A stretch of DNA of 64,000 nucleotides from contig CAJINV010000018.1 of NCBI GenBank assembly GCA_905178155.1, positions 848,609 through 912,608 on the forward strand. The letters are read 5' to 3'. Position 1 is the first letter of the stretch; each line of letters begins with the position of its first letter. The position numbers and the translations under genes were made by a program. The notes under the pieces are model-generated. The model was not told the DNA's origin and made no database searches. It was given only the letters and a program-made list of their open reading frames with translations. This document shows positions 36,289 to 49,367 of this stretch, piece by piece. This stretch comes from Amoebophrya sp. A120 (lineage: Eukaryota > Protista > Dinoflagellata).

Positions 36289-39200
36289 TCAACTTTTCAA
36301 AAACCCGGCTACGCAATCGGCGACGTCTTTGTTTTTACACGCGGCGGTGAGCTGCATGAGTATTCTGCCCTGGTTGTCTTTCCCGATCAGGGCGCGGCAC
36401 ACTACCGAAAACCCGCCCGCAAAGGTCCCCGACAGCCAGAGTTCATGCGCCGTTCTCGAGGGGTATGCAATACAAATTTCCTGTACATGTACAAAATGCG
36501 TGACAAATTTTACCAAGTTGGAGCATGCCACTTGTCATGCTGAATAGGATTGGAAGAAAAGTTTGTCATGCAGATACCACATTTGTACGTGTACGGGAAA
36601 TTTACTGTGGATAAGGGGTCTACGGTGTCGGTTTTTTCACAGGCCTCCATACCCATCGTATTGATAACACCTTCCACGGCCTTTTCGATCGAGTTGTACT
36701 CCAGTTGCAGCTTCACCATCTGCAGAGAATTTCCATTTTCCTTTAATTTCTTTGTAGTGATCGTTCCCGTGCAAGCTGCCCAAGCACACGTCAACGCAAG
36801 ATGGAGATTCTGAGTAGCATCATCAATACACGCAAGAAGACAATGCGAAGTATGATTCATACTTCACATTCAGTGACTCTGAACATACGAAAACCAATCA
36901 AAGCAAGTACCGCGCTTCCCTGTGCCTTCAACTGCTCGAAAAGCGGTTTCACCTGGCCCGGCGGAAGCAGGGCGGGGCTGACGTAGTTTCCCGGTAATAT
37001 CTCCGCGTTCTCGAGCTGCGTTTCGTCGGGAAACCCGATGTCGTCTCCATCTTCGAGTTGGTTGTAGCACAGCTTGCGCTATCAAATGCAAAAGTGTCTG
37101 GGTCTGGTTCTGGAAGATTGCGAGATTTGTCATGCTTGTCTGGCATGACCAAAAAATTTGTGATGCGTGTCCAAGCAGAGACACTTTTGCCTGTCATGCA
37201 AAAACGAAGTTTGTCATACGAAAAACGCAACACAAAAAAGCGCAGATATGTCTCATGCTTGGCTGCGCATTGCAGAGCATTCACTATTCCCAAGGCAGCA
37301 CTACAAGTTTCCAGACCCAGACATTTTTGCAGTTGATATGCACGGCAGCGACGCCGCCACGATGCCCTCGATTTTTTTCTCCAACACGAGGTATGATGAT
37401 TTGTTTTCGTTAAACTGGATCACTTCGCTCGCTTTCACCGACCCGACCAGGGAAAATTTGTCCGCGTCCTTGGGCAAAATGGTCGCCTGCACCTCGGCGT
37501 CCGCCAAGCCGACGCCCTCCAAAGTGTTGGTGATGTAAAACTCCAGCACGATGTGTATGGAACTCTCAGACGTTACATTCTAAACTGTTACATGATTTGT
37601 CATGCAAATTTACCACCAAGATCGCCGCGATTAAGGTGCTTCGCATGGCAAATCTACGAAGGGCTAAACAGCATCTGAATATGTGCCAAATCTGTAATGC
37701 AAAAGGCGCCATCTTCCCCCTTTCACTTTTGCCGTTCTTGCATGACAAATTTATGTAAAAGCTGAGAATGTAACATTTGAGAACGCCATAATGTGCCGCT
37801 GGAAGATGTGCTTGATCAGCTGAACGGAATACTCCGCCTCCAGTTCGGTCACCGGCGTGGGCTTCGTGCACGAAAGAAGATTACCTGGTAGAAGTAGTTG
37901 TAGAAGTACATCTACTAGTACTACTTTATAGTACACGACAAGAATGCTCAAGATCTTCACGGCTTCAGCTTTTTCACACTTGCTAACAAGTTGTACATCA
38001 AGAGCAGCATCATCATTCTATAGCTGTGGGTAAACAATGAGATGAAACCCTAAATCCTAAAACCCCGAAATCTTCTAGAAGCGTCTGTCGTTCTTGGAGA
38101 CAGAAATTCATTTTTGCAAAAGATCACCACTTGACTACTAGTAAGTGGAAATACGAAAAAAACATATCAGACGGACGAACGGACATAGAAAATAATCGCC
38201 CTCACCTATAGCCCCCGCAGCGTTCCCGCCGAAGAGCGGAGCGATTTTGCTGAGTACCTCGGTCGGCGTTGTGGTTGGCTTCGAGACCGCCGCGGCGACG
38301 TCGCTGACCCCCGTCGTCTATCAAATGCAAAATTGTCTGGGTCTGGAAGAATGCGCGATTTGTCATGCTGCTTTTCCATGACCCATGAGGTCTGGAATGC
38401 AGGACCTAGCATGACAGATTCTGCGAGACCTTTCTCATGCCTGTCCTGCGTGAGAAACTCCCTCCCGACTTGGTCAAAACTGGGCGACTTTTGGTAATCA
38501 TGCAACACAGATTTTTGCATGCTGCAGATTTAGCATGACAAGTTGCAATCTTCCAGACCCAGACATTTTTACAATTCATATCGTCTCGCCCGGCGCGCCG
38601 CCCGCCAGTTGCGCGTGGTGCCCGGCCAGGCCCTGCTCCTTCTGCTCTTCCAGCCTCTTCTTCTCGAGAAACTGCGCATAGGCCTCGGGCGTGGGTAGGT
38701 TCGACACGTCGATTGGCTTATTGCGGAGGTCCGGCACCGACATCTGTTTTTCGCAGAGGTCAAACAGGGCGTCAACCGAGAAGTCTTTCAGGGGCTCCAC
38801 GACGACGGTGAGGTAGTCGCCGTCCTGCGGATTCTGCTGCAGCAGCGAGGACTTGTAGAGATTGATACGGTATCAAATGTAAAAATGTCTGGGTCTGGAA
38901 GAATGCGCGATTTGTCATGCAGCTTTTCCATGACCCATGAGGTCTGGAATGCAGGACGTAGCATGACATTGGTGGTCTACGGGCAGGACGTCCCGGTGGC
39001 ACGAAAGCCGATAGTACAAGTTACTATAAACATGTAAAAAAATATAATATAAAACGAGAAAAAACCTTGAGCCAAAATGGCTACCAGGACGTAGCATGAC
39101 AGATTCTGTGCGATCTCTCTCATGCCTATCCTGCATGAGAAACTCCCTCCCGACTTGGTCAAAACTGGACGACTTTTGGCAGCCATGCAACACAGATTTT

Positions 39201-42200
39201 TGTATGCTTCAGATTTAGCATGACAAGTTGCATTCTTCCTGACCCAGACATTTTTACATTTGATATACGGTCCCGCACTTCGTCGTCGTTGTCGTTTTTG
39301 CCGCACCTGTTCGTGTTCGTTTTCGGTTTTTATTGTCTATCGATTTGCCATGCAGAAAGCCCCCTAAATCGGTAACTTTGCCATGCAAGGTAGATAAAAG
39401 AGGAATGAAAAACTACATAGCGCGGCGAGCAATTTCATGAAATGCAAGTTCTCTTGGTAAGCGAAAAACTCCAAATTGAATTGTACTCCAACAGCGTGGC
39501 AATATCTGATCGGAGGGACGGCACTTTTAACCCAACCTTCGTCAATGCGTCGGCGGCGGCCGCTCGGAGGTATGGCAACGAAGAATAAAAGCTCTATCAC
39601 AACTATCGATGCCTTTCACCCAAGAATAGGTCGGTCTCGGTACTGCACACATGCAACGGCATTGCATTATTAGCATTTCTGCAAAATACGACAATGCGCG
39701 GCAGTCATGTTTTTCTTCAGGTGAATGATTAAACCACGCACGTTCTTTTTCAACATTACGCGCGGAAGAAGCGTGCAGTATTGGATGTGGCGTAACATGT
39801 GCATTTTTAGACACGATAGTGATAGGAAAAAGCACTTTTTCGTCTTCGTAGCACCAGGGCGTTTTCTAGAATCAACCGGTTGTACATGAACCGCACGAAT
39901 TTTCCGGGCGACTGCTGCAAGGGCACGTTTTCGCCGAGAAACGCCAGGATGCGCATGCACAGATCCGGGTACTCGCAGTCCTCGATGAACTCGCAGAGGT
40001 GAAGCAAACCCTCTTTTTGCGCGACGGCGGACATTTTGGGGTACTGGATCAGGGAGACCATGGCTTCCACCAGGTCCTTTTTGAAATCCAGCGACCCTTC
40101 CTCGCGCAGGTTGGTCGACAGAAAGTGCATGATTATCATTTGCAAAAACGTCCCCACACCAGAGCCAAGATGGGAAATCTGCTAGACAAATCAGCCAGCT
40201 TTAGTCGTTTGGCATGACAAGTTTGTCCCCGTAGTGTAATCCTGTTTAGGTAGTTCAGCAGCATCACAGATCTAGTCGATCATGCTGATTATAGCATCAC
40301 AAATCCCAAAACACGACTAGAGAATGCCTCTCATGGCGCTCCGCATGACAAACTTTTTTGGCATGCAGATTTGCATGACAACTCTGGGGTGGGGACGTTT
40401 TTACCCAGAATAATGATGACCTTGTACTTAGTCGGGTACTGGAGCCCCAGGGACTTCACCGCCCGCACCACCTCGATCTTGAACACGTCCGTGATATCGG
40501 ACATGAAACTGGTTATTTGCTTCACTAACCGCTCCACGTTGGACTCATTCCCGGTCTTCAGAAGGGACGTCAAGGCCAGGGTGGCAGTACCTAGAATTCG
40601 TTTCGGTCATGTTCGTGCTCCTGCCATGCAGTGGTTCTACTTGTAGTTTTTATTCATATTTTGATCTTCCTTGTCTGTCACTAGACCACAATAATCAAGC
40701 ATCATGATGACAACGAAGAGTCATTGTCATTCTTGTTGCTCACAACTACGCAAAACCGGTGCAGCTATGTATCTTCTATACTTCTGTTTGGGTCCGACAG
40801 CAGGGGCTCCATGTCCTGGTTGCACCTGGTCACCAGTTCTGGTCTATCCTGTGCAAAAGTATCGTACTCGTAGTAATTGCATTTGCAAATATGCATAATT
40901 ACAAATCTCCATCCTAAGGCAAAACAGCATTACAAATCCCACTTTTCCTCTTGCCAAAATTTGTGATGCAGTCTATACTAGTACGATGCTTTTGCAATGC
41001 ATATGGTCTGTGTTGCGCCAGTTGGTTCAACGTGCGCGCGGCGGCAAACCGCATCACAGGCTTCGCCGACGTCAGCCCGATTTGGAGAATCTTTGGGATG
41101 TAGTGATACATTACGTCCGTTGTTTCATAGCGGTGGATGCTCGAGGAAGGTCACAACGAGGAGGTCGTGACTTTTCACATTATCTTCTACTTGTGCCAAC
41201 ATGCGGATCATGCGTCTTGATTTCATTACACCCATCGACAACGAGGCTCGCGCCAGAAGAAATGCAGAATTCTTTTTTATCTTTTTTCTTTCCTTGCGCA
41301 TCGAGAAGCCAGCGTTTGCAAGGTCAAGGAGGGAGTTTAGGGTGGTCGTAGTGTGGTGTCATTGTCAAGTGCTACAACAGCAAAACCTAAACCAACCGTT
41401 GTGGTACAAAAAGAATAAACTATACATCCACAGCCCGTGCGAAATCCACGCCGAAGAGGTGATTTATGTGCGGGTCCTGCTTCGATTCCGATATTATCAG
41501 GTTTACAAACGCCCGCGCCGCCTCGTGCGTGACCATTTCTGCCTTCTGTTTCGCCTTGAGGCAACTGTCGATGTAGGCAATTAGCGGCTTTTCGATGCCC
41601 GGGTCGCGGTCTGGAGCCATCAGCGCGTTGGCGGCGTATCTGAAGTTGGTGGAGAAAAAAATTGTGATAACGATGGACAAAAGTTTATCGGTTTTGTTGT
41701 GCCTTGCCTGTTTAAGCAAGAAAGACGAGCTGCGTGTGCGTACTTACTACAAACGAAACAGACTTAGTATAAAAATCCTTGTCGAGGAAAAATAAAGGAA
41801 AGTCAAACACAAACGCGCAATATTTTTAGGTGCAATGTCGCAAGTCACGGAAAAATGCAAGTTTTTCATGCGAGATACGAAATAAGTGATAAGAAGCGTA
41901 TTTTGAACAAAGAATGAACCTGATGAGCAGGCACTCCGCCATGGGGTTCTTCAGTTGATTTTTCGCCAAATTGGTGATCACCTTGTGCAGTCCGAGGCGA
42001 TCGTTTTTCTTGATTTCGTACAGCAGGGCCAAGGCGTGGTACTGTACCATGGAGCTCCCCGAGGACAGCACCGTTTCCTGGATTTCGTTCACCCACCGTT
42101 TGATGTATGCATTGCAAATACGTCTGCGTCTGGAACAGTGCAACTTGTCATGCTGAATCTGAAGCATGCAAAAATCTGTGTTGCATGATTATCAAAAGTC

Positions 42201-42926
42201 GTCCTGTTTTGACCAAGTCGGGAGAAAGTTTCTCATGCAGGATAGGCATGACAGGGATCGCGCAGAATCTGTCATGCTAGGTCCTGCATTCCAAACCCCA
42301 TGGGTCATGGAAAAGCTGCATGACAAAAAATCGCGCATTCTTCCAGACTCAGACATACTTGCAATGCATATGATGACTTCCGGCACCATTTTGGTCAGGG
42401 AGATCCCGCACACCAAGCTGGAGGAGGCCACGAAGGGATTTTTGTCCACGATCGCGGTTTTGAGGTAGCGGTCCGCGATCTGGTTCGCGATCTGCACGTC
42501 CAGAATCTTGGACAACACCCGGATCGCGTTCGCGCGGTTGCAATCCGTCTTACTGTTCACATCCTTAATCAGGGATGAAGTGACGATGAACGCCTCCGTC
42601 TCCGCGGGCTCCAGATTCTTTATCACCAGGTACGTCAAACGCCGCAGTTTTGGGCTCGAGCTCTGGAACAGCTTGGTGACCCCGAAAAACAGGTCGGTCA
42701 TGTTGTCGCCGGAAAACCGCTGTCCCTGGAACAGCATGTAAAGAATCTTCGTGATTAGCCGGCAACATTTGTCGGTGTCGATCGGGGTCGCGTGGAAGGC
42801 CCGGGCTTCGAGCAAGAGGGTGGATTTGTCGCCTTGCCAGGGATTTACAAAGTCGCGGTTGTCTTCGTATTTCAAGTTGTCCCGCAAGGCAGACTTCAAC
42901 TTGTCAGAGATGGAATTCGCCAACAT
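36289..42926 (-). CDS. COPG: Coatomer subunit gamma (gamma-COP)
   Basis: DKSTLLLEARAF, LFFGVTKLFQS, VTSSLIKD, RANAIRVL, KRWVNEIQE, VQYHALALLYEIKKNDRL, LLKTGNESNVERLVKQITSFMSDI, LCEFIEDCEY, YNRLILENA, DDEVRDR, IKHIF. Confidence 0.95.
36464..36613. mobile_element. Introner family F
   Basis: TSD agggg/agggg. Confidence 0.92.
37080..37338. mobile_element. Introner family B
   Basis: TSD tgcgc/tgcac. Confidence 0.9.
37556..37790. mobile_element. Introner family C
   Basis: TSD atgtg/atgtg. Confidence 0.92.
38319..38580. mobile_element. Introner family B
   Basis: TSD tcgtc/tcgtc. Confidence 0.92.
38871..39265. mobile_element. Introner family B carrying a nested 116-bp insert
   Basis: TSD tacgg/tacgg; otherwise close to 38319-38580. 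Confidence 0.92.
38969..39084 (-). other. Spliced-leader-capped retro-insert with 17-bp TSD
   Basis: Starts GTAGCCATTTTGGCTCAAG (39084-39066); flanked by caggacgtagcatgaca at 38952-38968 and 39085-39101. Confidence 0.85.
39571..39850. mobile_element. Old, decayed introner
   Basis: TAT..GTA ends and weak TIR; removing it plus 5 nt restores ENALV|RAAAADAL. Confidence 0.65.
40134..40412. mobile_element. Introner family D
   Basis: TSD atgat/atgat. Confidence 0.92.
40845..41003. mobile_element. Introner family A
   Basis: TSD tggtc/tggtc. Confidence 0.92.
42106..42370. mobile_element. Introner family B, in opposite orientation to the 6162 and 38319 copies
   Basis: TSD tgatg/tgatg; removal gives PEVI|KRWVNE. 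Confidence 0.92.
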
Positions 42927-44738
42927 CTTCTTCGCTCAGGTTCCACTTGTGGGGCTGGTTCGTGGTACGTAGGGTAGTTTTGATTTTGATATGTATCCGT
43001 ATATTTAAGGTGATATTACCCAGCGAAGTACAATTCCTTCTGGCGTTCTTCGGCTTCCCAAGAAAAAACCGCGTAAGTGGCTTGAAGTTCTCGCAGGACC
43101 TGGTTGTAGTTTTTGATGTACACGTCAGGTGAGTTCTTTTCGCAGCCACGTAGTTCTCGGTTTTTCTTCTGTCACGTCCGTCTGTCGTATGTCCTCGTGG
43201 TCGACGTTCTTTTCTGTCCTCGAGGTTACGGCCGTCCTCTTTGCGGTTGCTGCCTGCACCAGGGCAAACCAGTGGAAGAACGTCTTGTCCCGACTTCTAG
43301 AGGTTCGTTGCTTCAGCCTGCCAGTCAGCACCTGGTAGAAGCTCCTGTCCTTGTTCTACTACAACTCCGGGTGCTGCGCCGTGTAGTTTGCAAGACTACC
43401 GCGGCGCATCAAGCAGGAACGAGTGTAGCGACCACACTTGCAGTTGCGGTTGCCCAAGCCATAGCATCGTTTTTCTAGGCAGGAGGTTCTTTCAAATCGC
43501 TTTTTCTAAACGTCGATGGCGGGACTGTTTTTCATATTTTGGGTTTGGCTTTGGAAAACAAGTGCTACACAAAATTTCCTTTCAACTCGAAATAACCGCA
43601 CTATGTTTTGTAGGGGCTAAATGAAAAACCTGATTGTCGACGCTTCACACTAGAGGCAAAGCACCAGGACTAATCCAAAATAAGGCGGAAAGCATGTTGC
43701 TTTCCTTCTACACAAAACTTCACGCCACCATACTTTCGACCGCTGTTAGAGACTGAGCAAAAGTAAAAGATGTGAAATAGGTTCTAAAAAGTGAGAAAAT
43801 TTTTAGTAGACGGACCATGTTGTCCTTGTCGAGCTGTTTTTCGAATTCGTTTTCGCTACTTATGACACCCCGGCCGAGTTGTGCAGTTGTACTAGAATTG
43901 ATCGCATTTTTTTGTCTATTAACAAGGAGCGAAGGATGCTAGAAGTGAAAGATCTTGTCTGCTTGCACCTACTCCTGCGTATTAGTCTTGTGCAGCTTCT
44001 GTTTGCAAGTGCAACTATGCAAGTACTGCACATGCATTCATAGTGCTGGACCGCGATAATAAAAGGTAGAGTACTACAAGGGTACCGCAGAAGAACCTTG
44101 TGAACACTCACTTTGACTCCGCCTGATGCTGTTCCGCGCCAGTGGGAACAACTCTACGAGTATTTGAAAGCACGACGCCTCCATAACTCAACTTAAATAT
44201 GATTCATCATCTACTGCACTGACATTGTTCGGTGAGACACATCACATCCTGTTCCTGGCGCATTTTCGTTATAATTGGTCGAAACAAGAAAAGTTCGCAG
44301 CTCCTCGCCCCTGGGGGAAGCGAAGAGCCGAGGTCTCGAGGTACCAGCAGCGGGGAAGTATTTACCTCTGTTGAAAGGATAGTATTTCTCGTCGCCAAAT
44401 GATCTCCACATCTGCTTTCTCTTTATTTCAACAGGTGGGTCGCGGCACGCGTCGCAAAATTATAACCTCGAAGAGGTGGTAGGTACTACCGGCGAACGAA
44501 ATGAAAATCTTCGCATGTTTTGAGACTAGGACTACCTACGTCGGTAATAAAATTTCCGCATCTTCTACTTACTCTGCTCGATTGACCTCCAATGCATTCT
44601 CGTACAAGTTCTTGTGTAGTTTTCGTCATCGTTATGACCATGGACCTCGACCTAGTATAACTTCTCTACCGAATATCATAATAATTCAACTACCTGTTGT
44701 CAACATTATGGCTACGACCTCCCAGCAGTGGAGGACGT

Positions 44739-47700
44739 TTACTTATCCTTCGGCAGCTCCAAGATCTTCCCGATCCCCACCGTTTTTCCCTCGTCCCGTA
44801 AGGTGAAGCGACCCATCTTCTCGCAGCCCTTAAAGCTGTCCAGAGCGGCTTTCTGGTCCAAGGTGATAATGCAGGTCAGAATGTCGTTCACCTTTGCGCG
44901 CTATGCACTGTAAACAAATCGATCTGGTGCTCATGGCTCAGGAAGAACAATGCAAACTTCCACTTCGTTGACAACTACATGACAACTCAGAATGACACAA
45001 AAATCTGTTTTGCATCAGCAGCAAAAGATGACGTGGTTGCCTACAGTACACAACTTTGTCTAGTAGGAAACAACATGCGCGGAAGGAGAAAAAAGCACGT
45101 CCAACTATGTAAGGAATGCTACTTCTTCTGCTTGCCTTTATTGGCACAGCACGATCTTCATCGGAGGTTTTGCGTAGAATTTGCCTATGATTTTTCAAAA
45201 TGTGCATGACATCAAGTGAAATCTGGCAACCCTTCATCTTCCAGAACCTCCAGTCGATATTGTACAACTATTTGCCGTCGATACGAACTTCGGGTTCGGG
45301 GTTTGCTTTTTCTTGTTCGACACAATCTGCACGGTTTCCACCAGTTTCGTGATTTCGCAATCTTCAATCGCAGTGTGGAAGTGGATCACGCAGCGGTACC
45401 TGTAAATTTGAAAATGACCCGCTTGAGTCCCTTTCGCGTTGCAAGTGCAACCACTAATAAGGAAAAACATCAACTTTGTACGACGCGGCAAAATCTTGTA
45501 CGACATCTAACCACTTCTGCTGATGCATAATTACAGCAATTTCAAATGATGTAAAAATTGCACTTCTACTTAGTGGACATGGAAAATGACTATCGTAACT
45601 ACCCCGCGGTCAAGATGGGTCGCTCTTCCACCAACTCGATGATTTTGAACTGTGCCTTGAACTTTATCACGGCCCTGGCCGGTTCCTTGACGGGACAGAG
45701 CACGAACCCTTTTCGCATGTCCTCCTCGGACACCCCGCCGGTAATCTTCACCGTGACAGACTCCCCCACTACCGCGTGGCTCACTTCCTCCTCCCCAATG
45801 AAGACGGACACCGCCGTGCAGGTTTTCCCCGTGGGTTGGATCAGGCACTTCATGCCCGGCAGAACTTTCCCCTGTTCAATTTTGCCGATCGCCATCAAGG
45901 ATCCCATGTCCCGGTACCCATCCAACATGGGCATGCGCAGCGGGTCGGTGGTTTTTGCGTGAGCGGCGATGTTGAGCTCGTCGATGGTGTCGAAAAAGGT
46001 TTTCCCCGTGTACCAAGCCGGAGTCCCCTTGCGTTCCTTCAGGTTGTCGCCATTCAGTCCGGAGATAGGAAGGTAAATCACCTATATGGATTGTTCCGGA
46101 CGTCGTGAGAGAGTGGAAACAATATACAACATTTGGAAGGTGGAAAAATCGCAGGGGCACAAAGCCGTGACACGACGAGGACAATGCAAAAGATAAAGAA
46201 GTTGCACATCTGAAGTAGTTATGCCACTGCAATTCTATATTCCACAGCAGAATGAATGAAAGCCACTACAGTAGCTCTACTTGCGCGATCGTGTCTACTT
46301 AATACGTACAAGCACAAAGTGGCACAACATTCCTGTGCCTTTCTTACGTTATTCATGCAGATGCGACGCCGACGTCGCTGATGAAATACTTACGTGCATA
46401 ATTATCTCGATCGACTTTTACTCAAATACAGCAGGCAAGCCTAGAATTTACACGTCTACCTCAACCCCAGCACTCAATTCTAGTTTTAAAATTTTATAAT
46501 GAAAAGTATCGATAGTACCTGGTCCTCCTTGAAGCCGCAGGTGCTCTTTAAGAAAGGTTTCATCTTGCCGCAAATCTCGTCGTAGCGTTCCTGCTCCCAG
46601 CCCACACTGTGGTCGTCCATTTTATTTACCGCGATAATCAATTTATCCACCCCCAGGGTCTTTGCGAGCACCGCGTGTTCGCTGGTCTGCCCGCCCTTCT
46701 CAAACCCCGTCTCGAATTCACCTGGTCGTGGAGCAATAATTGCATTCATCTATCGTCCTGCTTCCTCTTACATTCCTTCTACACAAACAAGACAAAAACT
46801 CGAACGTCAACTTAAAGAAACTTTCGTAACTCTCGTGAAGAAGTAAGTAAGTACTTACTATACCTTTTCTTGCGCTGATGATCAAAACCCCGATGTCAGC
46901 CTGACTGGCGCCCGAAATCATGTTTGGTACATAAGACTTGTGACCTGGTGCGTCCAGGATGGTGAAACGTTTGTTCGTGGTGCAGAACTGCGCGCGCCCC
47001 ACTTCCACCGTCTTCCCCTTGGCTTTCTCCTCCTCACTGGTATCCATAATGTAGGCCAGAAACCAACTGTCGCGGTTTTTGTCCTTCGCCTCACGCTGGT
47101 ACCTGTGGTCAGGATGGGTGGAAAACTGTACTTTGCAAGTTTTTTGAAAAACAGAAATGCAAATTGTCATGCTACATATAGGAATAGGTGGAAAGCAAGG
47201 AAAGTATTACACCTGTCACGATGCATATGAATCAAATCGCAACCTAGTACTTTTCAATCGTTCGTTCGTCCACGTAGCCCGTCAAGTAGAGGATGTTCCC
47301 GCACGTTGTGCTCTTTCCCGCGTCGACGTGGCCGATAAAGACCATGTTCATGTGCGGTCGGGGATCCGGGTCCTTGACGGCCCCCGCCGGCTTGGCGACT
47401 ACTGCCTCCTCCGTTTCTGCTGAGGCTGCGTCGTCCGACTCCGCGGGCGAACTGAGGACTTCCTTCTTCGGTGCCGCAGGGCTGGGACTGCCCGTCTTCA
47501 GCGGCTTGGTTTGTGGTTCTGCGGCTGTTGATGCAGCTGCTGGAGGCGACGTGGCAGCGGGTGCTGGTGCTGGGGCCTCCTTTTCTACTTCTACCGGCGC
47601 CGCGCTCTTATTTTCCTTGGGAGAATTCGAAGGAGAAGTTGTGCTCTCCGCCTTGGCCGCGGGGCTTGGGCTCTGTTTAGTGGTCTGCGCTTCCTTGGCT

Positions 47701-49367
47701 GTCGGGGTCGGCTCCACGTCGGATACGTCATCGTCCCAATTGTCCTCGTCTTCCTTTACCTTCGGCTCCTCCGTATTTGGTGCGGTATCACGGCAATAAA
47801 ATTATCCATCTTCTGGTTGTTCAACAAGAAGAGCCAAAGACAACAAGTTTGATGCTGTCCGCCACAGAGACGTCAGGATCCGAGTCCAGAAGTCTGGTCG
47901 CGATACAGAATCACTTATCATAGCACCTTTTGAAACTCCTGCACCATAGATATCATGTTTGTCACCGTGACGGACACAGATAGTAGTAGTGCATGCAATA
48001 CAATAAATTTGTTGCCTTCTTGTTGATACAACTAGCTACATGATGTATTCGCTTGCATACGTCTCCTGTTTCGCCTTTGCTGCGGGCTTTTCCGCCGGAG
48101 GTGCAGCCGGCTCCTCTTTTGGCACGACGATGGGGACTGAGAAGTGGGGATTTGGGGCGCAAGAATAAAATTTATTTTGCATACGGAGGTGCAACCAGGA
48201 GGGCCCTTCCTGAATGAATCAAGGAGGTATAGGTATTTCTTGTGCTTTATTTTTCCACCAGGATATTGAGTCCTGTTCGTCAGCTTAAAACAAGTTCTGA
48301 ACAAACTGCTATTAAACATCATCGCTCCTACCTGGCTTTGCTGCTGGTTGTGCAGCTTTCTTCGCGGCTGCGGCAGCCTTGGCTGCCTCTGCTTTTGCCT
48401 TCTTCTGGGCATTGTACTCCTCTAGTGTCATTTCCTTTATGGCTTGGCTCAGATGTTACAATCTCAAGCGTTACAATAGAATTTGGAAATCTGTGATGCA
48501 AGAAGTGCATGATCTAGCCAAGTCTCATAGGACTGCGCATGACAAGTTCCGGAGTCCCAGTCCGCCCTACAATCTGGCGAAATTTGGTATTGCAGAAAGT
48601 GGAATGCTGTGCGAGTCTGTCATGCTCATCATGCAACACAAATTCCAGACTCTATTGTAACGCCTGAGATTGTAACGTTTGAGCAGGTCATATCCTTTGG
48701 CTCGGCTTTCTTCTTCGGCTGATCACCATCTGCATAGGTAGTTCGATTATGATTTTCCATGACTTTCACTGGCTATCAACATGTAACATTGATTCTCATG
48801 AACGTGTTTGGTAGGCCTTCATGACACAGACAGCGCATGAGAACGTCATCCTCAACAATATGGCTGAGAATCTACGAGCGGATCGCAACAGAATGTTCAT
48901 AATGAAAGCAGTCAAGAAACTTTTCTACTTTTTGGGCTTTTGCCGTGTTTCCCGTTGCCCTTTGATGCCTTCCCGCCGTTCTGGTAGCCGCCCTGGTTGT
49001 TATCCCACTGCTGACCACCCTGTTGCCACTGCTGATTTGGATCCCACTGCTGCCCGCCCCACTGTTGCTGTCCTCCCCACTGCTGGCCTTGGTCCCACTG
49101 TGGCTGGCCACCTGGGAATCAACAAATTCGTGCAAAGTAGTTAAAGTATAAATATCATGGTGATCGTTTTGACTGTGAAAGGGACAAAAACATGCACACG
49201 AGAAGCTAAGTAGTAAGGGCTTCTTTCTAACATCCAGATTTAGAAGTTCTTATACCCCATTGCTGTTGCTGCCATTGTTGCTGTGGGTTGTAAAATTGCT
49301 GTCCATACTGCTGTTGCGGGTATCCGTAGGCCGGTTGGCCGTACCCCTGTTGAAATCCGTTGTTCAT
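44739..49367 (-). CDS. SUP35: Eukaryotic peptide chain release factor GTP-binding subunit eRF3 (Sup35/GSPT)
   Basis: [119 protein letters not shown]. Confidence 0.95.
44902..45283. mobile_element. Decayed B-like introner
   Basis: TAT..ATA ends and residual motifs; flanks cgcgc/cgaac; removal gives PKF|AKVND. Confidence 0.65.
48438..48692. mobile_element. Introner family C variant
   Basis: GTTACAATCTCARGCGTTACAATAG TIR; TSD tcctt/tcctt. Confidence 0.9.

Noticed and set aside
38045-38070. Telomere-like aaaccctaaatcctaaaacccc
   Set aside because: Only 2-3 degenerate units within an intron.
5647-42468. Recurrent short peptides such as MQKSVLHDYQ, FSNVTFSTVT and QTQTFLHLI as a gene family
   Set aside because: They are translations of introner interiors and TIRs, and stops and frames are not conserved.
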